DNA from: Gemmatimonadaceae bacterium
Lineage (GTDB): Bacteria > Gemmatimonadota > Gemmatimonadetes > Gemmatimonadales > Gemmatimonadaceae
Assembly (NCBI GenBank): GCA_031430835.1
Contig: JANPCH010000072.1
Location: forward strand, 4,866 to 68,865
Direction of reading: 5' to 3'
DNA length: 64,000 nucleotides
Positions 23,758 through 36,346 of this stretch are shown here, piece after piece (the stretch's first letter is position 1; each line of letters starts with the position of its first letter). The notes under the pieces were generated by a model, which saw only the letters and a program-made list of their open reading frames with translations, had not been told where the DNA came from and did not search any database. The translations under genes were made by a program, and so were the position numbers.

Positions 23758-25218
23758 ATGAGCATTCCCAGTGATCGGCAGTGGATGATGGTCCTCGGCC
23801 TCGCCGTCGCCGTGGTCGTGGTTGCCGTCTGGTGGTGGCGCCGTTGGACCCGAACCGCCGCCCTCCGCGCGATGCTCCGATTCCGCGCCCGGGTCGACCG
23901 GTTCAAGCTCACCGGCAAGCGCTACATCCGCGATGCCCTGCTCGCCGACGAAGCGATCGCCGAAGCAGTGCGCATCCACGCCGCCGAACACGGCCTGACG
24001 CCCGCCGCCACCTGGTCCAAGGTGAGCACCTACATCAACGAGATCGTCCCGGCCTTCAACCTGTTGATGTACTACCAGGTCGGGTACGCGGCCTCGAAGG
24101 CGCTCCTCAACTTCTTCTACAAGACCACCGTCAAGGTGCGCGACCCGGCGGCCTTCGCGCGCCTTCCCCGCGAGAGCATCGTCGTCTACCTGATGAACCA
24201 CCGGTCGAACGCGGACTACGTGCTCGCTGGCTACGCGCTCGCCGGTCAGGTCGCGATCAGCTACGCGGTGGGGGAGTGGGCGCGCGTCTTCCCGCTTGAG
24301 TACCTCTTCAAGTCGTTCGGCGCCTACTTCATCCGCCGACGCTACCGCGAACCGCTCTATCACACCGTGCTCGAGCGGTACGTGCAGCTCATCACTCGGA
24401 ATGGCGTGACGCAGGGGATCTTCCCCGAGGGCGGGCTCTCGCGCGACGGGCGCCTCCGACCCGCCAAGATCGGTCTGCTCGACTACATGCTGGGGACCGC
24501 GCGCGAGCCTGGGTTCGCCGAACGGATGTACGTCGTCCCGGTCGCGATCAACTACGACCGCGTGCTCGAGGACCGATCGCTCCTGCGGGAGCTTCGTACG
24601 ACCGAACGCGGGGAACGACCCTCGCGGTGGACGCAGTTCAATGAGGTGGTCAGTTACCTGCTCAACTCCTTCGGCCGCCTCTCCACGCGTCGGTGGAAGC
24701 GCTATGGCCGTGCCGCTGTGGTGGTCGGTGATCCGGTGCCGGTCGCGCCCTGGCTCGCGTCGCTCGATGCGACCGGCACGTCGCTCTTCGACCGTCCTCG
24801 TGCGGACCGACTCGCGTTGGTCCAGACATTCTGCGATGCCCAGATGCAGCGCATCGGTGCGATCATCCCGGTGACCGCAGTGCCGCTCACCTGCGCGGCG
24901 CTGCAGACCTTTGACGCCGAGTTCATCCGGCGCGACCGACTCCTCGAGCGGATCGAGGCCCTCCGCGACCAGTTGGTGCACGAGGGCGCGGAGGTGATCG
25001 AGCCGAAACGCGAAGCGGCCGAGACCTTTGAGCGGGCGTATCGCATGCTCAGGATGCGACGCGTGCTCACCGAAGAGGGGGACGGCTTCGTCGTCCTCCC
25101 GCGCGGGCGGGAGCTCATCTCCTACTACGCGAACGGGATCGCCCACCTCTGCGGGAGTTTCGAAGCCGCGGTGCGCGAGCGCGATGCGCTGCCAGCGGAC
25201 TTGCTCATCGGACGCTGA
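23758..25218 (+). CDS. Glycerol-3-phosphate/PlsB-like acyltransferase
   Basis: N-terminal TM helix; NHRSNAD, GAYFIRR, FPEGGLSRDG. Confidence 0.85.
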   Translation: MSIPSDRQWMMVLGLAVAVVVVAVWWWRRWTRTAALRAMLRFRARVDRFKLTGKRYIRDALLADEAIAEAVRIHAAEHGLTPAATWSKVSTYINEIVPAFNLLMYYQVGYAASKALLNFFYKTTVKVRDPAAFARLPRESIVVYLMNHRSNADYVLAGYALAGQVAISYAVGEWARVFPLEYLFKSFGAYFIRRRYREPLYHTVLERYVQLITRNGVTQGIFPEGGLSRDGRLRPAKIGLLDYMLGTAREPGFAERMYVVPVAINYDRVLEDRSLLRELRTTERGERPSRWTQFNEVVSYLLNSFGRLSTRRWKRYGRAAVVVGDPVPVAPWLASLDATGTSLFDRPRADRLALVQTFCDAQMQRIGAIIPVTAVPLTCAALQTFDAEFIRRDRLLERIEALRDQLVHEGAEVIEPKREAAETFERAYRMLRMRRVLTEEGDGFVVLPRGRELISYYANGIAHLCGSFEAAVRERDALPADLLIGR

Positions 25219-25251
25219 CGGGGTCATCGCCTCGTTGCGTATATTCCACGG

Positions 25252-25467
25252 ATGAAGGAACCGCGCGACCGGGTTCGGGAAGGTCTTCCAGTGCGGGTCT
25301 ATCGTCGGGGCGATGAGCCCGGCGACGACCTGTCGGCGATGACGACCCCGGCGGAGCGCCTCGCGATGGTCTGGGAGCTCACCGAGCGCGCGTGGCTCCT
25401 GCAGGGTGCACGTCCCTCTCCGTACACACGGGCGACGATGCCGATCCGCATCATCCGGCCGCGATGA
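25252..25467 (+). CDS. Small hypothetical protein, probable partner/antitoxin of the downstream nucleotidyltransferase
   Basis: 71 aa with MTTPAERLAMVWELTERAW; ATGA overlap with the next gene; TATATT 6 nt upstream of ATG suggests a leaderless transcript. Confidence 0.6.
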   Translation: MKEPRDRVREGLPVRVYRRGDEPGDDLSAMTTPAERLAMVWELTERAWLLQGARPSPYTRATMPIRIIRPR

Positions 25468-25819
25468 CGCGCGACTGGCTAGAGATGCTCGAGGCGTTGA
25501 ACGCGGCCGGTGCGCGGTTCCTCCTCGTGGGCGCGCACTCCTGGCCTTCGGCGCGTCGGTACTCGACATCGGCATCTCGAAGGAGGATCTCTCGACCGCC
25601 GGTACGGTCGTGCAACTCGGCGTTCCCCCGAACCGGATCGATCTTCTGACCGACCCCAGTGGGCTGCCGGTCTTCGATGACGCGTGGACCCGTCGCGAGG
25701 AACACGATGTCCTCGGTGCCCGCATCCCGGTGATCGGGCGGGCCGACTTGGTCAGGAACAAGCGCGCCGCCGGGCGCACGAAGGACCTGGCTGACCTCGA
25801 AGCGCTCGGAGAATCCTGA
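25464..25819 (+). pseudogene. Nucleotidyltransferase (MNT-like) disrupted by an internal deletion and frameshift
   Basis: N-terminus MTRDWLEMLEALNAAGARFLLVGAH is in one frame; C-terminus LLAFGASVLDIG...PPNRIDLLT...KRAAGRTKDLADLEAL is in another; junction near 25535-25540. Confidence 0.7.
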
Positions 25820-27711
25820 TGCGACGCGCGGTCTGGCCGGCGGTCCTGATGGTCGCGGTCTCGTCCATTGCGGACGCACAGGACTCCCGGATGCCGCCTG
25901 CGGGCTGGCCCGCCTCACCCAAGCAGTACGAGTCCCTGCAGGTCGACCGCGACCTGATGATCCCGACCCGCGACGGGAAGCGGATGGCGACTGACATCTT
26001 TCGCCCCGCGCGCGGCGGCGTGCCGGTGGCCGGCCGATTCCCCGTCCTCCTCAATCGCACGCCGTACGACAAGACCGAGCTGCATTCGCAGGCGATCTAC
26101 TTCGCTGAGCGGGGCTATGTAGTCGCGGTGCAGGATGCCCGCGGCCGCTACCAGTCCGAGGGCGTCTTCCTGAAGGTGCAACCCGCCGACGCGACCGATG
26201 GCTACGACGTCATCGAGTGGCTGGCGCAGCAGCCCTACACCACCGGCCAGGTGGGGATGTGGGGCACCTCGTTCGCGGCGCACATGCAAGCGGGCGCGGC
26301 GCAGCTCCATCCGCCGGCTCTCAAGGCCCTCGTGGTCAACATGGGCGGGATGTCGAACGCCTGGGATCACGGCGTGCGCTTCCGCGGCACGTACGAGATG
26401 GGACGCCAACTCACGTGGGCGTGGAGCCAGATGTACGAGGACGCGCGCAGCCAGCGCGTGCGCGACCTGCTCGAGAAAGAGAAGGTCGAAGACTGGTTCG
26501 AGGTGCAACCGATGCGGCGCGGGCTGAATCCACTCTCGGTCGTTCCCGAGTACGAGCGGTGGTATCTGGAGTTCTTCGAGAAGGCTGACTACGGCGCCTT
26601 CTGGAAGGACCCGATGCTCGCCTGGAACGAGCACTATCCCGAGACCTCCGACATCCCGATGCTCCAGGTCGGCGGATGGTACGACATCTTCCTCGCCGGG
26701 ACGTTCGAGAACTTCATCGGCCTCAGGAAGCTCAAGAAGGCACCGCAATTCGTGCTCGTCGGGCCCTGGTCGCACGGTGGCAACCATCGCGCCTTCGCCG
26801 GCGACGCCTCCTACACGAGCGACGCTGCGATCGTCGACTTCGCGACCGACTTCCACCTCAAGTGGTTCGACCACTTCCTGAAGGGCAAGTCGTCGGGCAC
26901 TGAGAAGCAGTCACCGGTGCGCATCTACGTGATGGGGACCGGCGATGGCCACAAGGACAAGGATGGGCGGCTCTTCCACGGCGGCTACTGGCGCGACGCT
27001 GCGGCCTGGCCGATCCCCGGCACTCGGCTCGAGGAGTGGTACTTCCACGGCGACGGTTCGCTCTCGAAGGCGCGTCCTGCGGAGTCGACCTCGGCCACGA
27101 CCTACACATTCGACCCGCGCGACCCGGTGCCAACGATCGGCGGCGGCGCCTCGGCGCGTCTCAAGGACGGCGCGTTCGACCAGCGCGAGGATCCGCGCTT
27201 TCCTCCATCGAAGCCGCCCTACCTGCCACTGCGCGCCCGCGCCGACGTCGTCGTCTTTCAGACCGAGCCGCTAGCTGAGGACATCACGGTGGTCGGCCCG
27301 ATAACGGTCGTCGTGCACGCGAGCGCCAGCACGGTGGACACCGACCTCACCGCGAAGCTCGTCGATGTGTATCCCTCGAGCGACGCGTGGCCCGGCGGGT
27401 TCGACCTCAACATCACCGACGCGATCGTCCGCGGGCGCTATCGCGCGACGCGCGATCACGCGGAGATGCTTGAGCCGGGCCGCGTGTACGAGTTCACGAT
27501 CGAGCCCTTCCCGACGGCGAACGTCTTCAAGAAGGGGCATCGGATCCGCGTGGACATCTCGAGTTCCAACTTCCCGCGCTTCGACGTGAATCCCAATACT
27601 GGTGAGCCACTCGGCAAGAATCGGCGGATGGTCACGAGCGACATCACCCTGCACCACAGCGCGACCTATCCGTCGCACGTCGTGCTCCCGATCGCGCCGG
27701 CGCGTCGCTGA
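25819..27711 (+). CDS. CocE/NonD-family serine hydrolase (S15), secreted
   Basis: Signal peptide; RTPY, GTSF nucleophile elbow, GGWYD, GPWSH, HRIRVDISSSNFPRFDVNPNTG. Confidence 0.92.
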   Translation: MRRAVWPAVLMVAVSSIADAQDSRMPPAGWPASPKQYESLQVDRDLMIPTRDGKRMATDIFRPARGGVPVAGRFPVLLNRTPYDKTELHSQAIYFAERGYVVAVQDARGRYQSEGVFLKVQPADATDGYDVIEWLAQQPYTTGQVGMWGTSFAAHMQAGAAQLHPPALKALVVNMGGMSNAWDHGVRFRGTYEMGRQLTWAWSQMYEDARSQRVRDLLEKEKVEDWFEVQPMRRGLNPLSVVPEYERWYLEFFEKADYGAFWKDPMLAWNEHYPETSDIPMLQVGGWYDIFLAGTFENFIGLRKLKKAPQFVLVGPWSHGGNHRAFAGDASYTSDAAIVDFATDFHLKWFDHFLKGKSSGTEKQSPVRIYVMGTGDGHKDKDGRLFHGGYWRDAAAWPIPGTRLEEWYFHGDGSLSKARPAESTSATTYTFDPRDPVPTIGGGASARLKDGAFDQREDPRFPPSKPPYLPLRARADVVVFQTEPLAEDITVVGPITVVVHASASTVDTDLTAKLVDVYPSSDAWPGGFDLNITDAIVRGRYRATRDHAEMLEPGRVYEFTIEPFPTANVFKKGHRIRVDISSSNFPRFDVNPNTGEPLGKNRRMVTSDITLHHSATYPSHVVLPIAPARR

Positions 27712-29042
27712 TGCTCACCCTGCTGGCGTACGGGATGGTCGTCACGTTCATGGCGCTGATCATGACGCGGCGCCTCTCCCCGATCACGGCGCTGATCCTC
27801 GTGCCGGTCGCCTTCGGACTGCTCGCCGGATTCCGTGGGGAGCTCGGGCCGATGATGCTCGAGGGGATCCGCAATCTCGCGCCGACCGGCGTGATGCTGA
27901 TGTTCGCGATCCTCTATTTCGCGATCATGATCGACGCCGGGCTCTTCGAGCCCTTCGTGAGGCGCGTGGTCGCGCTCGTGCACGGCGACCCGATGAAGAT
28001 CGTCGTCGGCACCGCGATCCTCGCGCTGATCGTGTCGCTCGACGGTGATGGCTCGACGACCTATATGATCACGGCAGCGGCGATGCTGCCGCTCTACCGG
28101 CGATTCGGGATGCGGCTCCTGAACCTCGCCTGCGTGACGATGCTCGCGAACGGAACGATGAACATCCTGCCTTGGGGCGGGCCCACGGCGCGCGCGGCGA
28201 GCGCCCTCGGTGTGGATGTCGGGGATGTCTTCGTCCCGCTCGTGCCGGCGATGGTGGCGGGCGCGGCTTGGGTGGTGTTCTGCGCGTACCGACTCGGGCT
28301 CAGGGAGCGGGCGCGGCTCGGGATCATCTCGATCCCCGCGGGGAACGCGCCACTCTCCCCGGTGCTCGTCGAGGAGTTGGCGAATCCCGCGTTCGAACAG
28401 GACCTCGAGCATCGCCGCCCCGACCGGCTCATCGTGAACGCCCTTCTCACGGCAGTGCTCCTCACCGCGCTCGTGATCGGGCTGATGCCGTTGCCTGTGC
28501 TCTTCATGATCGGCTTCGCCTTCGCGACGATGCTGAACTATCCCTCGATCGCCGAGCAGAAGGGGCTCCTGTCGCGGCACGCCGGGAATGTCCTCGCTGT
28601 CGTCGGCCTGATCTTCGCGGCCGGTGTGTTCACGGGGATCCTCTCCGGCACGCGGATGGTCGATGCGATGGCGGAGAGCGTGATCGCGCTCGTGCCTGAC
28701 GCGGTGGGCCCCTATCTCGCCGTCGTGACGGGCCTCCTCAGCATCCCCTTCACCTTCTTCATATCGAATGACGCCTTCTACTTCGGGATCCTCCCGATCC
28801 TCGCCCGGGCGGGGGAGGCGTACGGGATCACGGCGGCGGAGATGGCGCGCGCTTCGCTGATCGGACAGCCGGTGCATTTCCTGAGCCCGCTGGTCCCGAG
28901 CACCTATCTCCTCGTGGGACTCGTCGGCGTGGACTTCGACGACCATCAGCGGTACACGCTCAAGTGGGCCCTGGGCGGAGCGATGGTGCTGCTCGTCGCC
29001 GGCGTGCTCACTGCGGCGTTCCCGCTGGTCGGACGGAGTTGA
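27711..29042 (+). CDS. CitMHS-family citrate/metal:H+ symporter
   Basis: VSLDGDGSTTYMIT, NILPWGGPTARAA, FFISNDAFYFGILP. Confidence 0.9.
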   Translation: MLTLLAYGMVVTFMALIMTRRLSPITALILVPVAFGLLAGFRGELGPMMLEGIRNLAPTGVMLMFAILYFAIMIDAGLFEPFVRRVVALVHGDPMKIVVGTAILALIVSLDGDGSTTYMITAAAMLPLYRRFGMRLLNLACVTMLANGTMNILPWGGPTARAASALGVDVGDVFVPLVPAMVAGAAWVVFCAYRLGLRERARLGIISIPAGNAPLSPVLVEELANPAFEQDLEHRRPDRLIVNALLTAVLLTALVIGLMPLPVLFMIGFAFATMLNYPSIAEQKGLLSRHAGNVLAVVGLIFAAGVFTGILSGTRMVDAMAESVIALVPDAVGPYLAVVTGLLSIPFTFFISNDAFYFGILPILARAGEAYGITAAEMARASLIGQPVHFLSPLVPSTYLLVGLVGVDFDDHQRYTLKWALGGAMVLLVAGVLTAAFPLVGRS

Positions 29043-29067
29043 CCCTCGCCCGTCGACCGCCTACCTT
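29039..29067 (+). promoter_or_regulatory. Putative sigma70 promoter of rpsL
   Basis: TTGACC-17 bp-TACCTT; the -35 overlaps the CitMHS stop. Confidence 0.65.
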
Positions 29068-29138
29068 GCTAGGCTCTGTTCCGTGCCGCCCGTCCGGGCG
29101 ATCCACGTAGAGGCAGAAGGACGAACACAAAGGGTAAG

Positions 29139-29546
29139 ATGCCGACGATCAATCAGCTCGTCCGGCAGAGCCGCCGCGAAGTCGTCAAGAAGGACAAGGC
29201 GCCGGCTCTGAAGGAGAATCCGTTCAAGCGGGGCGTGTGCACGCGCGTGTACACCACCACCCCGAAGAAGCCGAACTCCGCGCTCCGCAAGGTGGCGCGT
29301 GTCCGCTTGGTCAACGGTTTCGAAGTCACCGCCTATATCCCCGGCGAAGGCCACAACCTGCAGGAGCACTCGATCGTGCTCATCCGCGGTGGCCGCGTGA
29401 AGGACCTCCCGGGCGTTCGTTACCACATCGTGCGCGGCAAGCTCGACGCCTCCGGCGTCAACGGGCGAAACAAGAGCCGCTCCAAGTACGGCACCAAGAA
29501 GCCGAAGGCCGGCGGGGCCAAGCCCGCCGCGGGAGCCAAGTCATGA
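29139..29546 (+). CDS. rpsL: 30S ribosomal protein S12
   Basis: [26 protein letters not shown]. Confidence 0.99.
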   Translation: MPTINQLVRQSRREVVKKDKAPALKENPFKRGVCTRVYTTTPKKPNSALRKVARVRLVNGFEVTAYIPGEGHNLQEHSIVLIRGGRVKDLPGVRYHIVRGKLDASGVNGRNKSRSKYGTKKPKAGGAKPAAGAKS

Positions 29547-30013
29547 GTCGCCGCAAGAGTGCCGTGAAGCGCACCATCCTCGCCGATGGGCGCTACGACA
29601 GCCAGACCGTCTCGAAGTTCATCAACGTCCTGATGTATCAGGGCAAGAAGTCCACCGCCGAGCGGATCTTCTACGGGGCGATGGACATTGTCGAGGCGAA
29701 GTTGGCCCAACCGGGCGTGAATGTCTTCAAGCAGGCGCTGACCAACCTGAAGCCGGTCGTCGAGGTGAAGAGCCGCCGCGTCGGCGGCGCGACCTACCAG
29801 GTGCCGGTCGAGGTGCGTCCGGAGCGCCGGACCGCCCTCGCGATGCGTTGGCTCATCTCCTACTCACGCGAGCGGAATGAGAAGTCGATGGCCGAGAAGC
29901 TGGCGGCCGAGACGATCGCCGCGTCGAAGGGGGAAGGGAACGCGGTGAAGAAGCGCGAGGACACGCACAAGATGGCCGAGGCCAACAAGGCGTTCGCGCA
30001 TTACCGCTGGTAG
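29543..30013 (+). CDS. rpsG: 30S ribosomal protein S7
   Basis: [28 protein letters not shown]; ATG 29543 overlaps the rpsL stop. Confidence 0.98.
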   Translation: MSRRKSAVKRTILADGRYDSQTVSKFINVLMYQGKKSTAERIFYGAMDIVEAKLAQPGVNVFKQALTNLKPVVEVKSRRVGGATYQVPVEVRPERRTALAMRWLISYSRERNEKSMAEKLAAETIAASKGEGNAVKKREDTHKMAEANKAFAHYRW

Positions 30014-30031
30014 GCGGACGGCAGATGGCAG

Positions 30032-30067
30032 AGCGGGGGGCGACCGACGGTCGCTCCCCGCTTTTGT
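30032..30067 (+). terminator. Intrinsic terminator after rpsG
   Basis: AGCGGGGGGCGACC-GAC-GGTCGCTCCCCGCT followed by TTTGT. Confidence 0.7.
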
Positions 30068-30128
30068 CTAGGGCAAGTCCAGGCGAGGAGGGCGCCGCTG
30101 CCGACTCGCCGCAACCGATGTCCCCGCC

Positions 30129-30156
30129 TTGACATAGCCGCAGCGGCGACTAACTT
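30129..30156 (+). promoter_or_regulatory. Putative sigma70 promoter of fusA-tuf-S10
   Basis: Perfect TTGACA-16 bp-TAACTT. Confidence 0.7.
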
Positions 30157-30159
30157 ACG

Positions 30160-30568
30160 CAGGCTCTGGCGACCTGGCTCGAAAATGGGTTGTCGGACAC
30201 GGACATCCGCTGGTGGATGTCCCCGGGGAGCTGCGCCCCGGAAAGATGGGCCCGCCAACATCGGCTCGGTTAGCGACGCGCGGGGGGAGTGGACAGCCCG
30301 ACCGATCCCGCGTTCGCCTCTCACGAGGCCGCGCGCCGAGGTTCCCGAAAAGAACGCAGGACAACTTGACGTCGGGTGATGGAAGTTATTGCTGCGTTGG
30401 CACCCGATGCGCCGAGGGTCCCCAGTCGCGCTCCAGTGGCGACTGTACCCGGCGAGTGCGGATGGATACCGGTTCCCCGGATGCTGTCAGGGGGGAACGC
30501 CTGGTCCAGCCGCGTTTTTGTTCCACCACGCTTTCCCTACCGCGAAACCGACCGAGCCGCACTGACCG
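30160..30568 (+). ncRNA. Candidate ~400-nt structured cis-regulatory leader or ncRNA upstream of fusA
   Basis: At least six helices visible by eye plus a 9-bp long-range pair 30262-30270/30551-30559; no convincing ORF. Confidence 0.45.
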
Positions 30569-32686
<2,118 letters not shown>

Positions 32687-32689
32687 GCG

Positions 32690-32735
32690 AACGGCGGATG
32701 TGAGCAGGGAGAGGGGAGATGTGAGATGTGAGTGG
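32690..32735. repeat. Family A element, left arm only
   Basis: AACGGCGGATGTGAGCAGGGAGAGGGGAGATGTGAGATGTGAG between fusA and tuf. Confidence 0.6.
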
Positions 32736-32787
32736 GACCGCGTGACGACCGGCAACAAACCTTTTCAACCACCTCAGGACGCTTCCA

Positions 32788-33990
<1,203 letters not shown>

Positions 33991-33999
33991 GAGCGACCA

Positions 34000-34308
34000 A
34001 TGGCGGGACGTATCCGGATCCGACTCAAGGCCTTCGATCACGCGGTGATCGACCAGGCTGCGGCGGACATCGTGCGGACGGCGGAGAAGACGGGGGCGCA
34101 GGTCTCCGGTCCGATCCCGCTGCCGACGAAGACGCAGCGGTGGACGGTCCTCCGTTCGCCGCACGTCGACAAGAAGTCGCGGGAGCAGTTCGAGCTGAAG
34201 ACGCACAAGCGCGTGATCGACATCCTCGACTCGAAGGCGGTCACGGTCGATGCACTGACCAAGCTGGACCTTCCGGCGGGTGTGGATGTCGAGATCAAAG
34301 TCGAATAA
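34000..34308 (+). CDS. rpsJ: 30S ribosomal protein S10
   Basis: [28 protein letters not shown]. Confidence 0.99.
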   Translation: MAGRIRIRLKAFDHAVIDQAAADIVRTAEKTGAQVSGPIPLPTKTQRWTVLRSPHVDKKSREQFELKTHKRVIDILDSKAVTVDALTKLDLPAGVDVEIKVE

Positions 34309-34446
34309 CGGCAGGCGGAAGGTGGAAGGTGGAAGGGGCGCGCCGGGTGAAGCCCCGGCGCACCGGTGAGAGGAGAAGGATCGTCGTGACGTGGGCCGAC
34401 CGAACGGGCGGCCCCCGTCCTCCTTCCCCCTTCCACCTCCCCTGTG
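34309..34446. repeat. Family A full-length (~135 bp) element between rpsJ and rplC
   Basis: GGAAGGT x3 arm, two internal hairpins, CCTTCC arm; close homologue of 41375-41509. Confidence 0.85.
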
Positions 34447-34467
34447 GCAGTCAACCATGAGAGTCAA

Positions 34468-35151
34468 ATGATCGGAATCATTGGCAAGAAACTGGGGATG
34501 ACCCAGATCTTCGACGAGGCAGGGATGCAGATCCCGTGCACGGTGGTGGAGGCCACCCCGAATCCGGTGACGAAGGTCGTCACGACGGAGCGGGAGGGCT
34601 TTGCCTCGGTGGAACTCGGGTTCGGCGCGCAGCGCACGGCCCGCGAGTCGAAGAAGGGGGAGCGCACGCCGAAGGGACGTCGCGCGACGAAGGCCGAGAT
34701 CGGACACGCGGCGAAGGCTGGCCTCACCGCTGCGCCGGCGGTGCTCCGTTCCTTCCGGCTCGATGACGCGCCGGGGAAGGACCCCAAGGTGCCGACCTAC
34801 ACGGTCGGCGACGTCATCACCGTCGGCATCTTCGCGCCGGGCGAGCTGGTGAAGGTCACCGGCACCTCGAAGGGCCGCGGGTTCCAGGGCGTGGTGAAGC
34901 GCTGGAACTTCGGCGGCGGACCCAACACGCACGGCAACACGAAGCACCGCCGCCCGGGCTCGATCGGCCCCGGCACCGACCCCTCGCGCGTGATCAAGGG
35001 GAAGAAGATGCCCGGCCATTTCGGGGCCGAGCGGAACACGACCGTCAACCTCCGCGTCGAGAAGATCGACGCCGAGCGCAACCTGATCTACATCCGCGGA
35101 TCGGTGGCGGGCCCGACCAACGGGATCGTCCTCGTCCGGAAGCAGGGATAA
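34468..35151 (+). CDS. rplC: 50S ribosomal protein L3
   Basis: MIGIIGKKLGMTQIF, SKGRGFQGVVKRW, GKKMPGH. Confidence 0.97.
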   Translation: MIGIIGKKLGMTQIFDEAGMQIPCTVVEATPNPVTKVVTTEREGFASVELGFGAQRTARESKKGERTPKGRRATKAEIGHAAKAGLTAAPAVLRSFRLDDAPGKDPKVPTYTVGDVITVGIFAPGELVKVTGTSKGRGFQGVVKRWNFGGGPNTHGNTKHRRPGSIGPGTDPSRVIKGKKMPGHFGAERNTTVNLRVEKIDAERNLIYIRGSVAGPTNGIVLVRKQG

Positions 35152-35154
35152 CCG

Positions 35155-36051
35155 ATGTCTGACACGATGACATTCGACGCGGCGGCCTTCACGGCCCTCG
35201 GCACCCCGCGTGAGCGGGTGGCCCTGCCGACGGCGACGTTCGACGGCACGGTGAACGTGCCGGTGATGCATCAGGCGGTGAAGGCGTATCGCGCCAACCA
35301 GCGCCAGGGCACGCACGCGACCAAGACGCGTCGTTGGGTGGTGGGCGGCAATCAGAAGCCGTGGAAGCAGAAGGGGACCGGCCGGGCCCGCGCGGGTTCG
35401 ACTCGCGCCCCGCACTGGGTCGGTGGCGGTGTCGTCGGTGGACCGACGCCCCGCGACTACGAGCAGGGGCTCCCGCGCCAGGTGAAGGCCCTCGCTCGCA
35501 AGAGCGCGTTCAACGCGCGGGCCCGCGAGGCGGCGGTGATCATCATCGATCGCTTCACGTATGACAAGCCGAAGACGGCCCAACTCGCCCAGCTCCTCGC
35601 CCGCCTCGAGGTCTCGCACCGCAAGGTGCTGATCCTCACGGATGGTGCGAAGCCGGCGGTGTATCTCAGCGGCCGGAACCTCCCGAACGTGGTCGTGCAG
35701 CCCTACAGCGACGTCAGCACCTACCACCTCCTCTGGTCGGAGATGGTGCTCGTCGAGGCGCCGGCGATCGGACAGGTGCTCGCGCCGGTCTCCGAGAACG
35801 CGCTCGAGAAGGTGAAGGTGCGCAAGGCCCAGGCGAAGGCGCCGAGCAAGGCGAAGGAAGAGGCGAAGAAGGCCGAGCGGAAGGCGACGGCGAAGGTCGA
35901 GAAGTCGATCAAGGCCGCGAAGGCGAAGCGGGCCGCTGCGAAGAGCGCCGCGCCGGCGAAGAAGGCAGCTCCGGCGACTGCCAAGGCTGCCGCGAAGAAG
36001 GCACCGGCGAAGAAGCCTTCTGCTTCCGCGCCCAAGAAGAAGGGGAAGTAG
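35155..36051 (+). CDS. rplD: 50S ribosomal protein L4 with ~90-aa K/A-rich C-terminal tail
   Basis: [25 protein letters not shown]; RNLPNV. Confidence 0.97.
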   Translation: MSDTMTFDAAAFTALGTPRERVALPTATFDGTVNVPVMHQAVKAYRANQRQGTHATKTRRWVVGGNQKPWKQKGTGRARAGSTRAPHWVGGGVVGGPTPRDYEQGLPRQVKALARKSAFNARAREAAVIIIDRFTYDKPKTAQLAQLLARLEVSHRKVLILTDGAKPAVYLSGRNLPNVVVQPYSDVSTYHLLWSEMVLVEAPAIGQVLAPVSENALEKVKVRKAQAKAPSKAKEEAKKAERKATAKVEKSIKAAKAKRAAAKSAAPAKKAAPATAKAAAKKAPAKKPSASAPKKKGK

Positions 36052-36054
36052 CCG

Positions 36055-36342
36055 ATGACGACACTCCTCCGCACCATCGTCCGCCCGATCGTGACCGAGA
36101 AGACCTCGGCCGCGTATCAGGAGCGCGGCGAGTACACGTTCGAAGTCCACCCGGACGCCACCAAGTACACCATCAGGGCCGCGATCGAATCGCTCTTCGG
36201 GGTGTCGGTCGTCGGCGTCTGGACCTCGCAGCAGCGCGGGAAGCCGCGCCGCGTCGGTGGCGCGACCGGCCTCCGTCCCCGTTGGAAGAAAGCGATCGTG
36301 AAGCTGAAGGCCGGCGACACGATCGAGATCTTCGAGGGCTGA
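36055..36342 (+). CDS. rplW: 50S ribosomal protein L23
   Basis: [19 protein letters not shown]. Confidence 0.96.
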   Translation: MTTLLRTIVRPIVTEKTSAAYQERGEYTFEVHPDATKYTIRAAIESLFGVSVVGVWTSQQRGKPRRVGGATGLRPRWKKAIVKLKAGDTIEIFEG

Positions 36343-36346
36343 TCAA

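Noticed and set aside
14046-29042. Accessory block as a prophage or integrative element
   Set aside because: No integrase, transposase, phage genes or att-like direct repeats seen.
29139-29546. Possible streptomycin-resistance changes in S12
   Set aside because: PKKPNSA and RVKDLPG are intact.
30208-30245. Minus-strand ...CCCCGGGGACATCCACCA resembling a tRNA/tmRNA 3' end
   Set aside because: The loop CGCAGCT is not a T-loop, there is no matching 5' acceptor strand and no G3-U70; better explained as plus-strand hairpins.
30160-30568. Leader as RNase P, SRP RNA or a group I/II intron
   Set aside because: No GAGGAAAGUCC/P4 signature, SRP core or domain V motif seen by eye; cmscan is still needed.
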